Below, piece after piece: positions 1-11,177 of a stretch of DNA of 64,000 nucleotides. Position 1 is the stretch's first letter. Each line of letters begins with the position of its first letter. Location of the stretch: positions 64,001 through 128,000 of the forward strand of contig JAWSUS010000006.1 of assembly GCA_033549025.1 (NCBI GenBank). The letters run 5' to 3'. The notes below the pieces were generated by a model. The model was not told the DNA's origin. It worked only from the letters and a program-made list of their open reading frames with translations, and did not search any database. The DNA comes from Desulfuromonadales bacterium (lineage in GTDB: Bacteria; Desulfobacterota; Desulfuromonadia; Desulfuromonadales; SZUA-540). A program made the position numbers and the translations under genes.

Positions 1-436
1 CATGGACGCCATGCGGGATCAGGCCATCGTCTGCAATATCGGCCATTTCGACCTGGAAATCGATATCGCTTCGATTCGCGACCTGGAATGGATCAATATC
101 AAGCCGCAGGTAGACCATGTCGTCTTCCCCGACGGTAAGCGGCTGATCGTGCTGGCCGAGGGGCGCCTGGTCAATCTCGGCTGCGCCACCGGCCACCCTT
201 CTTTTGTCATGTCGGCGTCCTTCACCAACCAGGTCATGGCGCAGATGGAATTGTGGACCAACCCGGACAGCTACGAAAATAAGGTCTATATGCTGCCTAA
301 GGTTTTGGATGAAAAGGTGGCCCGTCTCCACCTGGGCCGGCTCGGCGTCGAATTGACGACTCTGACCCCGGCGCAGGCTGAATATCTCGGCGTGCCGGTG
401 GAAGGCCCTTTCAAGCCGGAGTTCTATCGCTATTGA
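1..436 (+). CDS. ahcY: S-adenosyl-L-homocysteine hydrolase, C-terminal part (5' end outside window)
   Basis: Motifs [34 protein letters not shown] and terminal [10 protein letters not shown]. Confidence 0.97.
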   Translation, partial: MDAMRDQAIVCNIGHFDLEIDIASIRDLEWINIKPQVDHVVFPDGKRLIVLAEGRLVNLGCATGHPSFVMSASFTNQVMAQMELWTNPDSYENKVYMLPKVLDEKVARLHLGRLGVELTTLTPAQAEYLGVPVEGPFKPEFYRY

Positions 437-456
437 TAAAAGGACCATTTACGGAA

Positions 457-500
457 CAAACAGCAAGAGCCCTGCCATGGAGCAGGGCTCTTGCTGTTTG
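457..500. terminator. Bidirectional intrinsic terminator between convergent ahcY and lptG
   Basis: Perfect inverted repeat caaacagcaagagccctgc / gcagggctcttgctgtttg with a 6-nt loop. Confidence 0.85.
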
Positions 501-525
501 AAGCAAACGGTTTTTTCCAAAAAGG

Positions 526-1611
526 TTAGCTGCGGGTCGACAGCAGCATCCAGCCGCCAATCAGGGCAAAGAGGACATGGGCGGACCAGGCGGCTACCGC
601 GGGGGGGGCCACGCCCGAATAACCGAAGGCCTGCATGGCGGCCATGATGACATAGTAGGCGAAGCCGATGACAATGCTCAGGGCCACTCCCGTGGCCACA
701 TTGGTCTGCCTTCCTCTCTGGAGCGCAAAGGGAATGCCGAGCACGGCCATAATGACGTTGGCAAAGGGGGTGGCGAGGCGCGAATGCATATCCACTTTGT
801 AGCGGACCGGGCTGTGACCCTCGCCTTCCATTTTACTGACCAGAGCTGAAAGCTGACGAAAGTTGAGGGTTTCCAGGTCCGGCTCGCTTTCTTTGAAATC
901 TTCGGGTGTCTTGGACAGGGGCAGAACTTCCTGGGCCAGCTTTTTCTCGCCGAACATTTCGCCAGAGTGGGGCTCAAACTCCCTGTGGGTGACCTGCTGG
1001 AAAGTCCAGCCGCTATCGGCGGTATAATGGCCGGAAGCTGCATCGGTGCGCCGGGTCAGCCGAAACTGGTCGTCGACATGATAGATGGTCAATCCGGTTA
1101 TCGTTTGATTCTCCGGCTCGACCAGGCTGATATTGACGATGTCGGACCCTTCCCGGAACCAGAGTCGATCCCGTTTGAAGACGATGGACTTTCGTCCTCT
1201 GACCTCTTCCTCGTAAATCGTGTTGGCGGTTTTGACGCTTAAGGGGAGGACGTATTCGTTGATAGCCAGGATGGTCATGGCCGTCAGCAGGGAGGCCAGA
1301 AGCAAAGGCCAGGTCATGCGGATGAGGCTCAGCCCGCAGGATTTTATGGCCGTCAATTCATTGGTCCGGGTCAGGCCGCCAACGGTCATGAAGACAGCCA
1401 TGAGGACGGCCAGCGGAGTGACCTGGCTGATGATCAACGGGATTTTGTTGCCGAAATAGAGGAGGTACTGGGAAGCGGAGGCGCCATGCTCAATGAAATT
1501 GTCCACTTTTTCGAAAAAGTCGACCAGCAGGTAGATGCCCACAAAAGTGGTGCTGGCCAGGAAAAAGATCCGGATGTAGATGGATAGGATGTAGCGGTTG
1601 AGTATGGTCAC
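526..1611 (-). CDS. lptG: LPS export ABC transporter permease LptG
   Basis: YjgP/YjgQ layout (3 TM, periplasmic domain, 3 TM); NELTAIKSCGLS motif; directly downstream of lptF. Confidence 0.88.
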   Translation of the reverse strand: MTILNRYILSIYIRIFFLASTTFVGIYLLVDFFEKVDNFIEHGASASQYLLYFGNKIPLIISQVTPLAVLMAVFMTVGGLTRTNELTAIKSCGLSLIRMTWPLLLASLLTAMTILAINEYVLPLSVKTANTIYEEEVRGRKSIVFKRDRLWFREGSDIVNISLVEPENQTITGLTIYHVDDQFRLTRRTDAASGHYTADSGWTFQQVTHREFEPHSGEMFGEKKLAQEVLPLSKTPEDFKESEPDLETLNFRQLSALVSKMEGEGHSPVRYKVDMHSRLATPFANVIMAVLGIPFALQRGRQTNVATGVALSIVIGFAYYVIMAAMQAFGYSGVAPPAVAAWSAHVLFALIGGWMLLSTRS

Positions 1612-1615
1612 AGGC

Positions 1616-2797
1616 CTATCTCTTGCGTTGAATAAGGCGGCGGAATCGATCCATGCCTTCCAGAAGAAGATCGAGAAGAACGAAACGTCTTTCCATGGCC
1701 GCTAGATGCAGAAGGTAGAGGCCGCCGGCCAAAAAAAGCACCGTCGGGGTCCACATCGTGGGAATTAACGGGAGAATCCCTTCGGTGGCCAGTGTTTTGG
1801 TGAAAGAAAAGAGGATGTAATAGACCAGGAAGATGATCAGCCCAATGGCGAATCCCCCTCCTTTGCCGGAGCGATGGGACTGGATGCCAAGCGGGATGCC
1901 GATGAGGGCGAAAAGTAGCGGAGCCAGGGGCAAAACCAGGCGTTTGTGCCACTGGACGCGGTAGCGCAGGCTTTCTTCCTTGGTTTTTGCCTCCCTGATC
2001 GCTGTCGCCAATTCGGAACGGCTAAGGTCTTTATCCTTTTTTTTGACAGTCTGGCCGGCTTCGAGTTCTTTTCCCATGTTGAGGCTGATGTCGTAGGCGG
2101 AAAAAGCGATGGTCTGGTAGCTGTCTCCCCGGGTTGATTTGGGAGACCGGTGGATGTTACCGTTTTCGAGGCGAAGAGTCAGGGTGTATTTTTCCGCGTC
2201 CGAAAAAATACGGCCTTGTTGCGCGAAAATCGTCGAGGCATCGCTATCCGTGCGTTGGTCAGAAATAAAAACGCCGGTCATCAGGCCGTTTTGTGCATCA
2301 AATTCGTTGGTATACAGCACGAGTCCGTCAAATTCATCGTTGAAAATTTTGGGGGCGATACCCACCGTGGCCCGGCTGGTGGCAATATCGAACACTTTGC
2401 TGCGAAAAGCCGTATTTCCGGCCGGTTCGCCATAGAGGGTGAGGGCTCCTGTCAGTACGGAGGCCAGGGTTGCCAGCAGAAAAACGGGTTTGAGCATCCC
2501 GTACAAGCTGATGCCGGAAGCCTTGAGGGCGACAGTTTCACTCTCGGAAGAGAGCCGTCCGAACCCAAGCAGTACCCCCAGCAGAAAGGAAAGCGGAATG
2601 GTGATGACCAGAAATGCGGGAAGCAGATAGGCGAAAAGGAGGAATATTTCTGTCGCCGGCACCCCTTTGTTGAGCACCATCTCGACCAGGCGGATAATCC
2701 TGCCCATGAGGATCATCAGGGTAAAGACGCTCAGGCCCAGCAGGGCAGGGACCGCGATTTCCTTCGCAATGTATCGGTGAATTCTGGAGGCTGGCAT
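1616..2797 (-). CDS. lptF: LPS export ABC transporter permease LptF
   Basis: GFGRLSSESETVALKASGIS motif; start moved to the ATG at 2797 (MPASRIHRYI) because the longer ORF runs into the rpsB leader. Confidence 0.88.
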   Translation of the reverse strand: MPASRIHRYIAKEIAVPALLGLSVFTLMILMGRIIRLVEMVLNKGVPATEIFLLFAYLLPAFLVITIPLSFLLGVLLGFGRLSSESETVALKASGISLYGMLKPVFLLATLASVLTGALTLYGEPAGNTAFRSKVFDIATSRATVGIAPKIFNDEFDGLVLYTNEFDAQNGLMTGVFISDQRTDSDASTIFAQQGRIFSDAEKYTLTLRLENGNIHRSPKSTRGDSYQTIAFSAYDISLNMGKELEAGQTVKKKDKDLSRSELATAIREAKTKEESLRYRVQWHKRLVLPLAPLLFALIGIPLGIQSHRSGKGGGFAIGLIIFLVYYILFSFTKTLATEGILPLIPTMWTPTVLFLAGGLYLLHLAAMERRFVLLDLLLEGMDRFRRLIQRKR

Positions 2798-2854
2798 GGC
2801 TGCAGATAATATCGGGTTATCGATGCCTTGTAAACTGTAATCCTGAAATTTTCC

Positions 2855-2883
2855 TTGAACTCCCGAGGTGGTCATGGTATAGA
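2855..2883 (+). promoter_or_regulatory. sigma70 promoter of the rpsB-tsf operon (extended -10)
   Basis: TTGAAC-17 bp-TATAGA, with TG at the extended -10 position (TGgTATAGA), just upstream of the S2 leader. Confidence 0.7.
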
Positions 2884-2896
2884 CACGCGTTATCCT

Positions 2897-2986
2897 AAAA
2901 CGCACGTCCTCGGATCCGGCCGGATGGTGCCCCCTGATAGGACAGGGGGATCCGGAGGAAAAGAAGAGGGCGGAGGCAATCAACCA
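2897..2986 (+). ncRNA. rpsB 5' leader (t44 / ribosomal protein S2 autoregulatory leader)
   Basis: cgcacgtcctc...ccggatggtgcccc...ggggatccgg...gagggcggaggcaatcaacc matches the recalled t44 layout (CACACG..CCGGGGTGCCC..GGGGTCGG..GGAGGCATAACC); lies directly upstream of rpsB. Confidence 0.75.
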
Positions 2987-3002
2987 CAAGAAGGAGTAAA
3001 AC

Positions 3003-3785
3003 ATGTCCCAGATCAGCATGAAGCAACTGCTGGAAGCCGGCGTCCATTTCGGCCACCAGACCCGTCGTTGGAACCCCAAGATGAAGCCCTACATCTTTGG
3101 GGCGCGCAATGGTATCTACATCATTGACCTGCAGAAAACCGTTCGTTACTTCAAAAGCGCCTACAGCTTCATCAAAGAAACCGTAGAGCGCGGTGACAAG
3201 GTTCTTTTTGTCGGGACCAAAAAGCAGGCCCAGGACGCCATCAAGGAAGAGAGCCTGCGGGCTGAGCAGTATTTTGTCAACGACCGCTGGCTCGGCGGTA
3301 TGCTCACGAACTTCTCCACCATTAAGGGAAGCATCGACCGCCTCAAGAAGATTGAGGCCATGAGCACCGACGGTACCTACGATCTTCTGCCCAAAAAGGA
3401 AGTTCTGCAGCTTGAGCGGGAAAAAACCAAGCTTGAAAAGAGCCTTGGCGGCATCAAGAGCATGGCCAAAATGCCCGGGGCTATTTTCGTGATTGACCCC
3501 AAGAAAGAAACGATCGCCGTCAAAGAAGCTCGCAAACTCGGTATCCCTGTCGTTGCTGTCGTCGACACCAACTGCGATCCTGATGATATCGACTATCTCA
3601 TCCCCGGCAATGACGACGCCATCCGGGCGATCCGTCTGTTTACGGCCCGTATCGCCGATGCCTGCGTGGAAGGTGGCCAGGCCCGGGAAGCTGCGATTCG
3701 CACCAAACAGGAAGGCGCTGACGAGGCTCCGGAAGAGGTGGCTGCCAATGAGGCCCCTGTTCAGGAAACTCCGGCGGAAGCCTGA
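3003..3785 (+). CDS. rpsB: 30S ribosomal protein S2
   Basis: [28 protein letters not shown] and IPGNDDAIR motifs; AAGGAG RBS. Confidence 0.99.
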   Translation: MSQISMKQLLEAGVHFGHQTRRWNPKMKPYIFGARNGIYIIDLQKTVRYFKSAYSFIKETVERGDKVLFVGTKKQAQDAIKEESLRAEQYFVNDRWLGGMLTNFSTIKGSIDRLKKIEAMSTDGTYDLLPKKEVLQLEREKTKLEKSLGGIKSMAKMPGAIFVIDPKKETIAVKEARKLGIPVVAVVDTNCDPDDIDYLIPGNDDAIRAIRLFTARIADACVEGGQAREAAIRTKQEGADEAPEEVAANEAPVQETPAEA

Positions 3786-3810
3786 TCCTTCAAATCGAGT
3801 TATTTTTTCC

Positions 3811-3837
3811 AGGCGACCGGTATCCGGTCGCCTTTTC
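3811..3837 (+). terminator. Hairpin/attenuator between rpsB and tsf
   Basis: aggcgaccgg-tat-ccggtcgcct followed by a short T run. Confidence 0.65.
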
Positions 3838-3922
3838 TCCGAAATAAGGGGACGGTCTTTGATGGCTTGATTGTATCAAGCCGGGCGAATGTCCCTAATC
3901 ATACAAACAGAGGAGGATTTCT

Positions 3923-5577
<1,655 letters not shown>

Positions 5578-5582
5578 AACCC

Positions 5583-6140
5583 ATGTATAAAGATGTGCTT
5601 GACAACACTCGGCAGAACATGGACAAGGCTCTTGACAATCTTAAACGGGAGTTTTCCCGTGTTCGTACGGGCCGCGCCAACGTCTCGCTGCTCGACGAGG
5701 TTCGGGTCAACTATTACGGCACGCCCACTCCACTCAACCAGGTGGGAACTCTCACTGTGCCCGAACCCCGGCTGATCACGATTCAGCCCTGGGAAAAACA
5801 GTTGATTCCCGAAATCGAAAAAGCGATTTTCAAGGCCGACCTTGGCTTGAATCCCTCTTCTGATGGGCAACTGGTACGCATTGCCATCCCCCCTCTGACC
5901 GAAGATCGACGCAAAGAGATGGTCAAGCAGGTCCGACGCATGGGTGAGGATGCCAAGGTGGCTGTCCGCAATGTGCGCCGGGATGCCAATGAGACCCTCA
6001 AAAAGCTTGAAAAGGATAAAGAGATTTCTGAGGACGATCTCAAGCGGGCGGAGAAGGAAGTACAGGACATCACCGACGCCCATATAAAGAAAATTGACGA
6101 AACTGTCACCCACAAAGAGACAGAAATCATGGAGATCTGA
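5583..6140 (+). CDS. frr: Ribosome recycling factor
   Basis: [17 protein letters not shown] and VRNVRRDAN motifs; ATG at 5583 preferred because of the AAGGAG RBS spacing. Confidence 0.98.
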   Translation: MYKDVLDNTRQNMDKALDNLKREFSRVRTGRANVSLLDEVRVNYYGTPTPLNQVGTLTVPEPRLITIQPWEKQLIPEIEKAIFKADLGLNPSSDGQLVRIAIPPLTEDRRKEMVKQVRRMGEDAKVAVRNVRRDANETLKKLEKDKEISEDDLKRAEKEVQDITDAHIKKIDETVTHKETEIMEI

Positions 6141-6173
6141 TCTCCATCATTAATCACCTGAAGGAGAATGAAT

Positions 6174-6338
6174 ATGGCTCTTAAAATCACTGACGAATGC
6201 ATTGCCTGCGGTACCTGTGTTGATTCCTGCCCTGTCGGCGCCATTGTGGAATCCGCTGATAAGTACGCGATCACCGATGACTGCACCGAGTGCCAGGCCT
6301 GCCTCGATTCCTGCCCGGTCAACGCGATCACCGCCTAG
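6174..6338 (+). CDS. Small 2[4Fe-4S] clostridial-type ferredoxin, 54 aa (absent from ORF track)
   Basis: Hand translation MALKITDECIACGTCVDSCPVGAIVESADKYAITDDCTECQACLDSCPVNAITA has two CxxCxxCxxxCP motifs; AAGGAG RBS at 6161-6166. Confidence 0.95.
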   Translation: MALKITDECIACGTCVDSCPVGAIVESADKYAITDDCTECQACLDSCPVNAITA

Positions 6339-6346
6339 ATCAGTTG

Positions 6347-6374
6347 AAGGGGCGCTCCCGTAGCGCCCCTTTTA
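6347..6374 (+). terminator. Intrinsic terminator ending rpsB-tsf-pyrH-frr-ferredoxin
   Basis: aaggggcgct-cccgt-agcgcccctt followed by T-rich sequence. Confidence 0.8.
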
Positions 6375-6538
6375 ATTTGTTTTGAACGGTTTTTTCTCCC
6401 CATCCCCTTTCCCTTGATATATATCCTTTCCCCCCCCTGCCCATAGCCTGCCTTAATCGGGATTTCCCTTGTCAAATCCTCATCCTGACGGTATCCTACC
6501 GCTCATTTCATGAATCTTTGATCTAGGAGCGCCGCGTC

Positions 6539-7711
6539 ATGCCCGATCGAATACTGGTCGTCGATGATGAGAAAATCATTCTTGAACTCACATCCATGAT
6601 CCTCAAGAGCAAGGGCTTTGATGTCTTTACCGCTGGGGGTGGCGACGAGGGGCTGCAACTCGTCGAAGAACACCGCCCGAGCGTGGTCCTGCTTGATTAC
6701 ATGATGCCGGTCATGGACGGCATGACAGTTCTCAAGAAGATTCGGAAAAGTTTTCCCGATACGTATGTGATTATGTTCACCGGCAAGGGCAGTGAAGAGA
6801 TTGCCGTAGAACTCATGAAAGCCGGAGCCTCTGATTACGTTCTCAAGCCCTTCAACAACCAGGATCTGGTTGAACGCATCGAAAACGTCCTCAAGATCAG
6901 GCGGGTCGAACTTTTAAACAAGGAGCTTCGCCTTGAACGGGAACGTCTGCTGCGGGAGATCGAGGAGTGGAATCTCGAACTTGAGCGGCGCGTTGCGCAA
7001 AAATCCTGTGAACTTGAAAAAGCCCACGCAGAAATCGTGCAGGCGGAAAAACTGGCGACCCTGGGGCATCTGTCGGCCGGCATGGCCCACGAAATTCGCA
7101 ATCCTCTCAACTCCATCAGCCTCTTTGCCCAGATTCTCAAACCGGTAATGGCCGAAGACGCCGAAAAGGCTTCCTATATCGATAAAATCCTGAAAGAAGT
7201 GGATCGCATCGATGACATTCTGGTCAAATTGCTTGCAGCCAGCAAACGTCCGCGATTTGAACTGCAGAACCTGTCGTTGGGCGAGGTTATCCAAAATTGT
7301 CTGTCAAGTTTCCAGGAACAACTGACCAGCCAGGAAATCGAGGTCAAACTGGATTTGCGTCCGTCCTCTCCAATCCTGGCGGATCCGGCCGAACTCGAAC
7401 AGGTCTTTAACAATCTCTTCGCCAATGCCATTTATGAAATGCCGCAGGGGGGGACGTTAAGTGTCTCTCTGCAACAGGACAATACGCATCTGGACATCAC
7501 CGTATCGGACACCGGCGGTGGAATTTCACCCGAACACATCAATATGATTTTCGATCCTTTCTTCACAACCAAAAAGAAAGGCACGGGGTTTGGGCTCTCC
7601 GTTGTTCTGCGCATTATCAAGACCTACAATGGTCATATCTCCGTCGATACCCAGGAAGGCCAGGGCAGTGTATTCAACATCCGGCTGCCCTTGGCTCAAA
7701 CCTCAACCTGA
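6539..7711 (+). CDS. Cytoplasmic hybrid response regulator-histidine kinase (REC, coiled coil, HisKA, HATPase)
   Basis: ILVVDD..LLDYMMP..KPF receiver; AHEIRNPL H-box; DTGGG, FDPFFTTK and GTGFGL boxes; no TM segment. Confidence 0.92.
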   Translation: MPDRILVVDDEKIILELTSMILKSKGFDVFTAGGGDEGLQLVEEHRPSVVLLDYMMPVMDGMTVLKKIRKSFPDTYVIMFTGKGSEEIAVELMKAGASDYVLKPFNNQDLVERIENVLKIRRVELLNKELRLERERLLREIEEWNLELERRVAQKSCELEKAHAEIVQAEKLATLGHLSAGMAHEIRNPLNSISLFAQILKPVMAEDAEKASYIDKILKEVDRIDDILVKLLAASKRPRFELQNLSLGEVIQNCLSSFQEQLTSQEIEVKLDLRPSSPILADPAELEQVFNNLFANAIYEMPQGGTLSVSLQQDNTHLDITVSDTGGGISPEHINMIFDPFFTTKKKGTGFGLSVVLRIIKTYNGHISVDTQEGQGSVFNIRLPLAQTST

Positions 7712-7786
7712 TCCCGCTTCCATGTTCTGCTGCCACGCGACCTTTATAGACCGATCGGCGGGTTTTTCATTGATAAAGGGGAGGAT

Positions 7787-9388
7787 ATGCCTCTTCGATT
7801 GAGGGATCTCACCCTGAATCTCGATCAGGATGAATCGCTGCTTGCCTCTCTTGTCGAGAAAGAACTCGGACTTAAGAGGGGAGAGGTGCAAGACCTCCGT
7901 GTTGTGCGTCAGGGGATTGATGCGCGCAAAAAGCCTCGCATTTTCCGGGTTTATACCGTTGAGTTTCTTGTGGGGGACGAGGCGGCCGTTTTAAAACGGC
8001 ATGGGCAGAACGCTCGTTTGGAACGGGCGGTTCCACCACCACGCTGTGAGGCGAAAAACTTGTCTCTGGCAGGCAGGATTCTGGTTGTTGGCATGGGGCC
8101 GGCAGGTCTGTTCGCGGCTTTGCGGCTCGCTCAGTACGGTTTTTCGGTGACCCTGCTGGAAAGAGGTCGACCCGTTGAAGACCGCGTCAGGGATGTGCGG
8201 GATTTCTGGTCAGGCAAAGGGCTCTGTCCGGAAAGCAATGTGCAGTTTGGGGAAGGGGGCGCCGGAACCTTTTCCGACGGTAAATTGACCACCCGCGTCA
8301 ATCATCCCTGGACGCGGCATGTGTTGGAGACTTTGGTCCGTTTTGGCGCGCCCGCTGAAATTCTCATCCAGGCCAAACCCCACGTGGGGACGGACAGGCT
8401 GCGCCTGGTTCTGATCAACTTTCGCCATGAACTCACCCGGCTTGGGGTCGATATCCGCTACCAGGCTAAACTTACGGGTATACTGACGCATAAAGGGCAG
8501 ATTTCCGGGGCGCTGCTTGGCGATGGTCAGTCTATCCATTGTGACGCTCTGGTATTGGCGCCGGGCCACAGCGCCCGCGATACCTATGAGATGCTGGCGT
8601 CCGCCGGTGTGCGTATGCAGGCCAAGCCCTTTGCCGTGGGGGTCCGGATCGAACATCCGTCCGAGTGGATCAACACCATTCAGTATGGATTTCCCCACCA
8701 CCCCCGTCTGCCTGCCGCCGAATATGCGCTGACCTGCAACAATCCCCAGAGCGGGCGAGGAACCTATTCCTTCTGTATGTGCCCTGGCGGCGAGGTGGTG
8801 GTCGCTTCTTCCGAGGCGGGAGGCGTGGTCGTCAACGGCATGAGTTATCTCAGCCGGTCCGGTTCTTTTTCCAACAGTGCCCTGGTCGTGAGTGTACGCC
8901 CAGAAGATTTCAACGGCGATGATTGTCTGGCCGGTATGCGGTTCCAGCGCGAACTGGAAAAAAAAGCCTTTCAGGCCGGGGGGGGCGATTACAATGCCCC
9001 CGCCCAAAATCTGATGGATTTCCTGGGTCTTGACAAGCTGCCGCTGCCTTCTGCCTCCAGCTGCCGACCGGGCATGCGGCCGGTTGAGCTTGAGACCCTG
9101 CTGCCGGCCTTTGTCACGCAGGAACTGCGGCAGGCCTTACCGGTCTTCAATCGCCGCATGAAGGGGTTTATCTGTCCTGAGGCTGTTCTTATCGGCGTGG
9201 AGACTCGAACTTCGGCTCCCTTGCGTATTTCGCGCGGAGAGGATGGCCAATCCCTTTCCCATCCCGGGCTTTACCCCGCCGGAGAGGGCGCCGGCTATGC
9301 CGGCGGCATTATGAGTGCGGCTCTGGACGGGTTGAAAGTCGCCGAATATATCGCCCAGAAAAAAAAGGATGAACATGGAACTGTCTAA
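7787..9388 (+). CDS. Uncharacterised NAD(P)/FAD-dependent oxidoreductase (COG2509-like)
   Basis: GMGPAG dinucleotide motif, FGEGGAGTFSDGKL, SFCMCPGG and GEGAGYAGGIMSAA. Confidence 0.85.
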   Translation: MPLRLRDLTLNLDQDESLLASLVEKELGLKRGEVQDLRVVRQGIDARKKPRIFRVYTVEFLVGDEAAVLKRHGQNARLERAVPPPRCEAKNLSLAGRILVVGMGPAGLFAALRLAQYGFSVTLLERGRPVEDRVRDVRDFWSGKGLCPESNVQFGEGGAGTFSDGKLTTRVNHPWTRHVLETLVRFGAPAEILIQAKPHVGTDRLRLVLINFRHELTRLGVDIRYQAKLTGILTHKGQISGALLGDGQSIHCDALVLAPGHSARDTYEMLASAGVRMQAKPFAVGVRIEHPSEWINTIQYGFPHHPRLPAAEYALTCNNPQSGRGTYSFCMCPGGEVVVASSEAGGVVVNGMSYLSRSGSFSNSALVVSVRPEDFNGDDCLAGMRFQRELEKKAFQAGGGDYNAPAQNLMDFLGLDKLPLPSASSCRPGMRPVELETLLPAFVTQELRQALPVFNRRMKGFICPEAVLIGVETRTSAPLRISRGEDGQSLSHPGLYPAGEGAGYAGGIMSAALDGLKVAEYIAQKKKDEHGTV

Positions 9389-10529
9389 AACATACATTGC
9401 GAACATTCGAGAGCGGGATTTTGTCGACAGCCCTTTTCTGGTCAGAGACAAGGTCATGGCCATGGCCAAAAATGGCAAGCCCTATATGACCTTGAAGCTT
9501 GTGGATCGCACCGGGGAAGTCGAAGGCAGGGTCTGGGACCGGGTGGACGAGTTCAATGGTCTTTTCGGAAAGGACGACTTTATCCGGGTCAAAGGCAAGG
9601 CCAGCGTTTATCTGGGGAAAATGCAGCTGGTCGTGCAGGAAATTGAACGGCTGGATGAAAAAAGCGTCTCTCTCGCCGACTTTTTGCCGGTAAGTTCTCG
9701 GGATACCGAGGTTATGGCCGCTGAATTGCGGCAGAAGGTCGAATCCCTGGGGAATCCCCATCTCCAGGCTCTGCTGAAAGCTTTCCTGGATGATGCGGCC
9801 TTTTTGCAAGCCTACTGCAAGGCGCCTGCCGCCAAGTCGATGCACCATGTTTATCTCGGCGGCCTGCTGGAGCATTCCCTGGCCGTGGCCGATCTTGCGG
9901 ACGATATCTGCAGTCGTTATCCTGAACTGGACCGTGATCTTCTGGTCGCGGGTGCTCTGCTTCACGATATCGGTAAAGTCGATGAGCTTCGTTATGTCAG
10001 AACCTTCGATTACACGGATGAAGGCAAGCTTCTGGGACACATCGTCATGGGCGTCGAAATGATCGACGAAAAACTCCGGGGACTGGAAAGTTTCCCCCGT
10101 CCGCTTGCGTTGCTTCTCAAACACCTGCTCTTGTCCCATCATGGTCAGTACGAGTACGGATCGCCCAAGCGTCCCAAAACCATGGAGGCTGTGGTTCTCA
10201 ATTTTATTGACGACCTGGATGCCAAAATCAACGGTGTTCGGACTCATATTGAAAAAGAGCCGGACAGCGACAGTGCCTGGACAAGCTATCATCGGCTGTA
10301 TGATCGCTATTTCTTCAAACCACAAAGCCCGGCCGAGCCGACGGACACTCCTAATGAAGAGCAGGAAAGGGAGGCGGTCATGGCACCGGCGCCTCCACCT
10401 CGGCCGGCGGCCCGCCCCAAAAATGACAAAAAGCCTTCTTTCGGCTTTTCTCTCGCGGATCAATTGAAGGGCAAGAGTCTGGATCTTTTTGCCGCCAACC
10501 CGGAAAAGGAGGAAGGCGATGATCGTTGA
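9375..10529 (+). CDS. YhaM/Cbf1-family 3'-5' exonuclease (OB fold + HD domain)
   Basis: N-terminal OB fold (KNGKPYMTLKLVDRTG); PAAKSMHH, GGLLEHS, LLHDIGK and SHHG motifs. Confidence 0.88.
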   Translation: MELSKTYIANIRERDFVDSPFLVRDKVMAMAKNGKPYMTLKLVDRTGEVEGRVWDRVDEFNGLFGKDDFIRVKGKASVYLGKMQLVVQEIERLDEKSVSLADFLPVSSRDTEVMAAELRQKVESLGNPHLQALLKAFLDDAAFLQAYCKAPAAKSMHHVYLGGLLEHSLAVADLADDICSRYPELDRDLLVAGALLHDIGKVDELRYVRTFDYTDEGKLLGHIVMGVEMIDEKLRGLESFPRPLALLLKHLLLSHHGQYEYGSPKRPKTMEAVVLNFIDDLDAKINGVRTHIEKEPDSDSAWTSYHRLYDRYFFKPQSPAEPTDTPNEEQEREAVMAPAPPPRPAARPKNDKKPSFGFSLADQLKGKSLDLFAANPEKEEGDDR

Positions 10530-11148
10530 ATGTCTGACCGTTGGACCATTGCAGGTCAATTGTTTTATCGTTGTGGACGAACCTTCCCGGACGGCCATGG
10601 TTGTGGATCCGGGGGATGAGGGAGAACGCATCTGGCAGTTTCTTCAAAAAAAGGGTTGGACTCTGACGGCTATCGTCAACACCCACGGACACTTCGATCA
10701 CATCGGTGGCAACCGTTTCCTGGTTGAAAAAACCGGGGCGTCTCTCATGATTCACCGTGATGATTTGCCTCTTTTGCAAAATGCCGCACAGCACGCCGCC
10801 ATTTACGGGTTGAAAACCGTTTCATCGCCAGAACCCCAGAGTCTGCTGACGGAGGGAGATGTGCTGAGACTGGGCGATCTGGCCTTTTCCGTGTTGCATG
10901 TGCCCGGGCATTCTCCCGGCGGTATCTGCCTCCATGGTGAGGGGCATCTTTTTGCCGGCGACGTTCTTTTTGCCGGCTCCGTGGGCCGAACGGACCTTCC
11001 CGGCGGGGATCACGACACCCTGATTCAGGGCATCAAGCGGAAGCTGCTGGTGTTGCCGGAAGAGACCGTCGTGCATACCGGCCATGGCCCCGATACGACG
11101 ATCGGGAGGGAAAAGAGATCCAATCCTTTTGTCGGGTTCGGCAGCTGA
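10519..11148 (+). CDS. MBL-fold metallo-hydrolase (glyoxalase II / YcbL-like)
   Basis: THGHFDHIGG, PGHSPG, GRTDLPGG and GHGP motifs; ATG at 10519 with GGAGG RBS. Confidence 0.9.
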   Translation: MIVECLTVGPLQVNCFIVVDEPSRTAMVVDPGDEGERIWQFLQKKGWTLTAIVNTHGHFDHIGGNRFLVEKTGASLMIHRDDLPLLQNAAQHAAIYGLKTVSSPEPQSLLTEGDVLRLGDLAFSVLHVPGHSPGGICLHGEGHLFAGDVLFAGSVGRTDLPGGDHDTLIQGIKRKLLVLPEETVVHTGHGPDTTIGREKRSNPFVGFGS

Positions 11149-11177
11149 AACTTTTAAGGCCGAAGGGAGAAAGTGGG

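Noticed and set aside
2798..3079. 94-aa N-terminal extension of LptF in the ORF track
   Set aside because: It overlaps the rpsB promoter, leader and start; the real start is most likely the ATG at 2797.
5783..6331. 182-aa minus-strand ORF across frr and the downstream gap
   Set aside because: The region is explained by frr and the plus-strand ferredoxin.
6380..6470. Pyrimidine-rich stretch with C runs upstream of the hybrid kinase
   Set aside because: No periodic repeat, ORF or convincing structure was seen.
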